A stretch of DNA of 64,000 bases from assembly GCA_040768745.1 (NCBI GenBank), contig JAXGMI010000003.1, positions 202,333 to 266,332 on the forward strand. Direction: 5' to 3'. Both the position numbers and the translations under genes were made by a program. Of this stretch, positions 58,565 through 64,000 are shown piece by piece. The notes under the pieces were generated by a model. That model was not told the origin of the DNA and did not search any database. It saw nothing but the letters and a program-made list of their open reading frames with translations. Origin of the DNA: Desulfomicrobium sp. Lineage in GTDB: Bacteria; Desulfobacterota; Desulfovibrionia; Desulfovibrionales; Desulfomicrobiaceae. The stretch's first letter is position 1, and each line of letters begins with the position of its first letter.

Positions 58565-59479
58565 GGGTCAGATCTTGAATCTTGAATTTTTTCGGACCAT
58601 TTCCTCTCCATGGCCCGACCACTCCGCATAGAATTTCCGGGAGCCATCTACCATGTGACATCCCGGGGCAACGCCCAGGCTCCCATTTTTCTGGACGACA
58701 TCGACAGGATCACCTTTCTCTCCGTCCTCGGACTGACAATGCGCCGGTTCAACGTGATCTGCCATGCGTATTGCCTGATGACCAACCACTTCCATCTCCT
58801 GCTTGAGACTCCAGACGCCAATCTGTCCAAGGCCATGCGCCAGTTCAACAGCGTCTACACGCAGGCATTCAACCGGCGGCATGCGCCCTGGTCACGTGCT
58901 GCAAGGGCGGTTCAAATCCATTGTCGTTGACCGGGACGCCTATCTTCTCGAACTGTGCCGATATATTGTCCTCAACCCCCTAAGGGCGCGGGATAGTCAA
59001 GGAGCCTGGAAAGTATCTATGGTCCAGTTACCGGGCCACGGCAGGGTTTCGGGAAAGAAACCGGATTTTCTGGCGCGTGGACTGGATTCTGGAACAGTTC
59101 GGCACTGATCGCGTCCAGGCCTTGGAAAGAGTGTCCGTCTTTTTGTCAAGGCAGGGCTGGATTCGAATCGCCATGGAATGACCTCAAGGACAGTGCCTGC
59201 TCGGAGACGACCCGTTTCTGGAGAAGCTTTTTCCCCTGCTCAAGGACAAAAGCGCTTTCAAGGAGATCCCTCGCATTCAGCGTTTTGCCGACCGTCCGGC
59301 CTTGGAGGAGATATTACAGGGCACAGAAGGCCGTGCGCAGCGTGACGCAGCCATCCTCAAGGCCTGCCATGTGTACGGATACACCCAGGCACACGTTGCT
59401 GCCGCGACAGGATTGCACTATTCGACGGTCAGCAAAATCATCAGGAAGATTGAATAATTCAAGATTCAAGATCTGACCC
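58565..59479 (+). mobile_element. RAYT-like Y1 transposase unit, copy 1, bounded by 24-bp inverted repeats
   Basis: GGGTCAGATCTTGAATCTTGAATT (58565-58588) and its exact reverse complement (59456-59479). Confidence 0.8.
58610..59457 (+). pseudogene. REP-associated-type tyrosine (HUH, Y1) transposase, frameshifted
   Basis: MARPLRIEFPGAIYHVTSRGN, YCLMTNHFHLL; indels versus copy 2 after about 58880. Confidence 0.8.
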
Positions 59480-59696
59480 CAGGATTTTTGAATGCGAAAA
59501 AATGCCCCGGAGCTTGTGACTCCAGGGCTTTCGTTAGTTCGTACGTATATGGGTTAGGCTATGCTGAGCAGGTACCAATAAGGATCGAAGCTTCGTTCGA
59601 CCAACCGGGCAAGCTGCTGGACGAATGGCGCGTAGTCGGCGTTCTTCCCCGCCTTGTCCGGCGGAATTCGAGCGGGCGGAATTCGAGGGAATTCGA

Positions 59697-60615
59697 GGGT
59701 CAGATCTTGAATCTTGAATTTTTGGAGATTTCCTCTCCATGGCCCGACCACTCCGCATAGAATTTCCGGGAGCCATCTACCACGTGACATCCCGGTGCAA
59801 CCGCGCCCAGGCTTCCATTTTTCTGGACGACATCGACAGGAACACCTTCCTCTCCGTCCTCGGACTGACAATGCGCCGGTTCAACGTGATCTGCCATGCG
59901 TATTGCCTGATGACCAACCACTTCCATCTCCTGCTTGAGACTCCAGACGCCAATCTGTCCAAGGCCATGCGCCAGTTCAACAGCGTCTACACGCAGGCAT
60001 TCAACCGGCGGCATGCCCGGGTTGGTCACTTGCTGCAAGGGCGGTTCAAATCCATTGTCGTTGACCGGGACGCCTATCTTCTCGAACTGTGCCGATATAT
60101 TGTCCTCAACCCCGTAAGGGCCAGGATGGTCAAGGAGCCTGGAAAGTATCCATGGTCCAGTTACCGGGCCACGGCAGGGCTAGGAAAGAAACCGGATTTT
60201 CTGGCTGTGGACTGGATTCTGGAACAGTTCGGCACTGATCGCGTCCAGGCCCGGAAAGAGTACCGTCTTTTTGTCAAGGCGGGGCTGGATTCCGAATCGC
60301 CATGGAATGACCTCCGAAAGGACAGGAATGCGCTGCTCGGAGACGACCCGTTTCTGGAGAAGCTTTTCCCCCTGCTCAAGGACAAAAGCGCTTTCAAAAA
60401 GATCCCTCGCATTCAGCGTTTTGCCGACCGTCCGGCCTTGGAGGAGATATTACAGGGCACAGAAGGCCGTGCGCAGCGTGACGCAGCCATCCTCAAGGCC
60501 TGCCATGTGTACGGATACACCCAGGCACACGTTGCTGCCGCGACAGGATTACACTATTCAACGGTCAGCAAAATCATCAGGAAGATTGAATAATTCAAGA
60601 TTCAAGATCTGACCC
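59697..60615 (+). mobile_element. RAYT-like Y1 transposase unit, copy 2, bounded by the same 24-bp inverted repeats
   Basis: IRs at 59697-59720 and 60592-60615. Confidence 0.8.
59739..60593 (+). CDS. REP-associated-type tyrosine (HUH, Y1) transposase with C-terminal HTH
   Basis: HFH motif, QGRFKS, RYIVLNPVRA (catalytic Tyr), YPWSSY, C-terminal HTH GYTQAHVA...GLHYSTVSKII. Confidence 0.88.
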   Translation: MARPLRIEFPGAIYHVTSRCNRAQASIFLDDIDRNTFLSVLGLTMRRFNVICHAYCLMTNHFHLLLETPDANLSKAMRQFNSVYTQAFNRRHARVGHLLQGRFKSIVVDRDAYLLELCRYIVLNPVRARMVKEPGKYPWSSYRATAGLGKKPDFLAVDWILEQFGTDRVQARKEYRLFVKAGLDSESPWNDLRKDRNALLGDDPFLEKLFPLLKDKSAFKKIPRIQRFADRPALEEILQGTEGRAQRDAAILKACHVYGYTQAHVAAATGLHYSTVSKIIRKIE

Positions 60616-60618
60616 TAA

Positions 60619-60828
60619 GATCTGCACGGTGGCGCTACCCGCCTTGGGCAGTCAGGTATTCCGCTTCGTGATATGATGGACCTTGCCGGGTGGAAGACGC
60701 CCGCCATGGCGTTACGCTATCAGCACAGTGGGGACGCCGGACGCCGCCGGGCAATGGCCGCGTTGGAATCCTTGACCCAGGTGGAAGCGCCCAAGGTGGT
60801 GGATCTGTTCAGCGGGAAAAAGGGCTAG
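60619..60828 (+). pseudogene. C-terminal remnant of a tyrosine recombinase/integrase
   Basis: Manual translation DLHGGATRLGQSGIPLRDMMDLAGWKTPAMALRYQH...KKG*: box II with G-W and catalytic Y; no start codon. Confidence 0.75.
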
Positions 60829-61157
60829 ACGTGAGCCGCTTGTTCGATAATTTTTTCCGCCCATTTATTGAGGCTTTGTCCTGTCATGGCCGCCTTGCGA
60901 ATGGCCGCCGCGTGAATCCGAGGATCGACCCGGAGCATCAACCGTCCGCTGGCAGGCTTTTCGGGTTTCTGTCCCAGCTTTTCACAGGCCGCGATGTAAT
61001 CATCAACGGACTCATGAAAGGCGGTTTCGAATTCGTGGACGGAGGTCGCATGGAAAACGATGGTGTCTTCAATATCCAACACCTTGCCCACAAGGATTTT
61101 GTCTTCCATGTCGAAGTCTATGCGGGCAGTGTATCCTTTGTATCTCATGGTGTTCAT
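60825..61157 (-). CDS. hicB: HicB-family antitoxin
   Basis: MRYKGYTARI, FHESVDDY, PEKPASGRLMLRV, SLNKW (RHH). Confidence 0.92.
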   Translation of the reverse strand: MNTMRYKGYTARIDFDMEDKILVGKVLDIEDTIVFHATSVHEFETAFHESVDDYIAACEKLGQKPEKPASGRLMLRVDPRIHAAAIRKAAMTGQSLNKWAEKIIEQAAHV

Positions 61158-61408
61158 GGTTTAACCCCCAGGGTTGCAAGGTATTCACGAACAGCGCGTA
61201 CGCGGTAGCGCAGGGCTTCACGCTGCGGATGTGGCCGGTGGAAGTAGGCGCGCTTGCCGTCTTTCTCGAAGGTGACGGAAGAGCCGCTACCTTCCACGAT
61301 TTGGCAGCCCAGGGCCACAAGCAAGGCTTCGATCCTGGCCCATTCAAGGCCGCCGTTCACGGGGTCGGCAAAGATAGCTTCAAGCGTCTTCCGGTGTTTG
61401 CTGTTCAT
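61154..61408 (-). CDS. hicA: HicA-family toxin
   Basis: MNSKHRKTLEAIF...W..IE.L...EGSGS...FHRPHP; ATGA overlap with hicB. Confidence 0.92.
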   Translation of the reverse strand: MNSKHRKTLEAIFADPVNGGLEWARIEALLVALGCQIVEGSGSSVTFEKDGKRAYFHRPHPQREALRYRVRAVREYLATLGVKP

Positions 61409-61653
61409 GATTGAATGATAGCGCTTTTGGCGATAAGTGCAAGCATGTTGAGTTGAGCGATTTTCCCAGGGCCTAGGGCTGGACTTGCTACCCGACCCGA
61501 AAAGCGCATGACCTGCCCCGGTTGCGCCTGACCCTGGAACTTTATGCGCGGGGCAAGGGGGCAGAGATATGGAACGATGGATTACGGGCCGTGACATTTT
61601 TAAGCGGTGGCCAGTTCATCCCCAAGAGCTTGTATTGATATGTTGGAGTCATA

Positions 61654-63200
61654 ACTCGACTTTCGGGGTTAGCCATTAGCAGCTAACAGCCTTTGTTCAT
61701 TGAAAATATAGTCGAAATTGCGCCCCAAACTGCGTATTCCGTCTCGGAAAGCCTCAAGCAGTATGCGTTCGGCCTGGCTCTGAGCTTCGCCAAGTTTCTT
61801 CAGGTTTTCCAGGGTGATGCCTAGGATTTGGCACAGCGCCTTGACGAGCGTGCAGTCCTCGGCCTCTTCGCAGCAACGATGGAATAGCAGGCCAAGGGTT
61901 CTTGGATCTTCCGTTCTGCGTTTCTCGATGCTGAGGAAGATGTATCTGGTCATCACGATGGTCGTGTGGGCGATGAGGGCATCGAAGTCCCGGCTTTGGC
62001 AGCCTTTCTCCAGTTCCAGATGCTGCTTGGCCGTGCGGAAGAATACTTCGATGTCCCAACGCTTGCCGTAAATGCGGACAACGTCTTCATCGGCAATGGT
62101 GAGGTCAGTGGTAAGCAAGGCCAGCCAGTCTTTCTTGTGCTTGTTTCGCACGAAGACGAGTTTGGCCTTGAGGCCATCCTTGAACTCAATTTGGGCGTCG
62201 GCCAGGATCCTGGCTCTGCCTCTGCGTTTGCGGATCTGGCTGTAAATCTGCGTCACGTCCATCTTCTGTCCTTCGAAGATGTAGTGGATCTTGGGCGTGC
62301 GTTTGACCATGCAGATGACGGGGATATGCTTGCACACATCGGAGATCAGGGTGGGCATGGCGAACCAACTGTCCATGAGCAGGTACTTGGCCTTGATGCC
62401 GGCCTTCAGTGCGCGCACAATCATGGGTTCAACCAGTTCTGTCGATTTGGTCATTGCCTCCTGACGCCGCCGCGCACCGCATGATCTTTTATCGAGGTCT
62501 TTGGAAACTTCCTGGTATCGTTGCTTTTTGTCCGCAGAAGATCGCAGCGCAAAGTCCAGGGGTAAAAGGGTTGATCCATCGGACCAGGCGAGGGTGAGCA
62601 ACTTGAAGCCTTTGAGGAATCGCCCGGTCGTATGGTCGTGAACCTTTGCCAGCAGTTCAACCTTCTTCGATCTGGGGCGCTCAATGGTGGAATCATCAAG
62701 AATAAGCACGGATTCGCGATCTTTGCTGGTTAACCCGTCAATGAATTCATGAACGCCAAAGGCGAGTTTGAGCAAGAATCTTCTCCAGCCGAAATTGCTT
62801 GAGCGCATGAACTCATAGATGGCATCTTTTCCGACATCGCTTTTTGGATTGATGACGATGCTTCGATAGATATTCTTTCCGATGAACGGAAGAACAAAGA
62901 TGTTCAGAAGAATAGTCAAAGCAGAATATCCTCTTGCTTTCTTAAAGCTTGAATTTCGCGCAATGGTCGCAATTCCGAACTGACTGAAAAACGAATCGAT
63001 TCTGCTCTCACATTCGTTTTTAATGAGTTGCAAATCGATGGCATTGTTTGTAGTTTGCATGTGGGGATTCCTTTTTTTGTGTTCTGTTGTGTGGTAACAA
63101 AAGAACTACTACAGAAGGAGGATCCCCTCAACAAAAATATTCAATTATTCTCGATAGATTTCTGTTTCAGCGACTTTGCTAACAACCCCGAAAGTCGAGT
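61654..63200 (-). mobile_element. Insertion sequence (IS4-superfamily DDE; exact family uncertain)
   Basis: 17-bp perfect IRs ACTCGACTTTCGGGGTT (61654-61670) / AACCCCGAAAGTCGAGT (63184-63200); AT-richer than host; no TSD visible. Confidence 0.9.
61669..63060 (-). CDS. DDE transposase
   Basis: LILDDS, LLMDSWF, YGKRWDIEVFFRTAK (Y-R-E-K signature). Confidence 0.93.
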   Translation of the reverse strand: MQTTNNAIDLQLIKNECESRIDSFFSQFGIATIARNSSFKKARGYSALTILLNIFVLPFIGKNIYRSIVINPKSDVGKDAIYEFMRSSNFGWRRFLLKLAFGVHEFIDGLTSKDRESVLILDDSTIERPRSKKVELLAKVHDHTTGRFLKGFKLLTLAWSDGSTLLPLDFALRSSADKKQRYQEVSKDLDKRSCGARRRQEAMTKSTELVEPMIVRALKAGIKAKYLLMDSWFAMPTLISDVCKHIPVICMVKRTPKIHYIFEGQKMDVTQIYSQIRKRRGRARILADAQIEFKDGLKAKLVFVRNKHKKDWLALLTTDLTIADEDVVRIYGKRWDIEVFFRTAKQHLELEKGCQSRDFDALIAHTTIVMTRYIFLSIEKRRTEDPRTLGLLFHRCCEEAEDCTLVKALCQILGITLENLKKLGEAQSQAERILLEAFRDGIRSLGRNFDYIFNEQRLLAANG

Positions 63201-64000
63201 CAGATAGGTGAATTCGGGGTCGGGATGGCGCTTGGTGTCCATGTATTCGACATGAAATTCCGGGGCGGATCCCGTCCCGGCCATGCTTTCCCTGATTCCG
63301 GCCTGGATGTCGTCGGTCCATTTGAAGCCTTCATGGTAGGAATGCAGGATCAGGACCTCGTGCCTTGCTTCGGATTTGGCATTGAAGAACCGGGTGTCGG
63401 GGGGCAGACGGTCCGGAGTGATCCGAAAACGCTCCATCCGGCGCACGTCCACTTCCAGCTGAATCCCGTCATCGTAGGTGACCGGCAGATCGGCCGGATT
63501 CTCCCCGGCCAGGATGCGGCCCGCCATGTCGGCCGCAACTCGGCCCTGCTCGTATCCGTTGGTCAGATACCCGCCGAACAGACCGTGCCCCAGGAGGAAG
63601 TTCCATACCCCGTACGTGGGCACGGGGCTGGCTTCGGAAATGGCCGTGACGGCTTCCGTGGCGTCATAGACGTTTCCTTCGCGGTCCCTGAAATAAAGCA
63701 GGAACAAGAGCCCGGTCCGCGGCCCGATTTCCCGCACCCTGTTCACCAGCTCGGGCAGGGGCAGGTCGTCGAGCACCCTTACGGGCAGGTCGCGCGGAAC
63801 ATTTTTGCGCAGCTCGGCCAAGGCCGCGAGGCCGGTGCCGGTTTTGTCGCTGATGACCAGCAGTTCGCGCATTTGGGGCTGCAACCTGCGCATCAGGCGC
63901 ACCGTGGAACTCATGTCTGCGTATTCGCGCACTCCGGTCATGTTTTTGGGCAGGGCGGGCAGAGGGTTGCTGTTCACGCCGCAGAACACGATCGGGGTGT
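63201..64000 (-). pseudogene. ABC-substrate-binding-like sensor domain protein (probably a kinase/cyclase N-terminus), truncated by the IS; start lies outside the window
   Basis: PIVFCGVN, TGVRE, GG...G.EQG..A, second repeat VLILHSYHEGFKWTD, EYMDTKR; frame runs into the IS end. Confidence 0.75.

Overview
GC-rich bacterial chromosome segment. Gene content (SahR-ahcY-metK, Desulfovibrio-type porins, rubrerythrin with a PerR-like box, sigma54 TauE operon) points to a sulfate-reducing Desulfovibrionales member; a Desulfomicrobium-like origin is my inference. Positions 1-58100 are mostly core or accessory genes: a ColRS-like TCS with a sulfatase, a sigma54 TauE operon, a TetR-RND pump, rbr, deaD, a TrmO-aldolase fusion, USP-SulP, a UvrD helicase, two tandem porins, hisD-purC-fabI, trxC, 7 tRNAs, SRP RNA, an active plus a degenerate membrane-anchored beta-carbonic anhydrase, cobS, fliJ, truA, the SAM cycle and zwf-pgl. 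After tRNA-Ala(CGC) lies a decayed island: two tandem RAYT-like HUH (Y1) transposases each bounded by 24-bp inverted repeats, an integrase remnant missed by the ORF track, hicAB, and a DDE IS truncating a sensor gene. Most striking observations: (1) five REP-like palindromes each interrupted by an 18-19 nt insert, two of which share G-N4-TACCC-N3-AGGGT across different REP families (candidate tiny mobile elements); (2) the IR-bounded tandem RAYT units with captured fragments; (3) an enzyme/pseudo-enzyme carbonic anhydrase pair with a shared C-terminal anchor; (4) the TrmO-class II aldolase fusion. All family calls are by motif recognition only; no searches were run.
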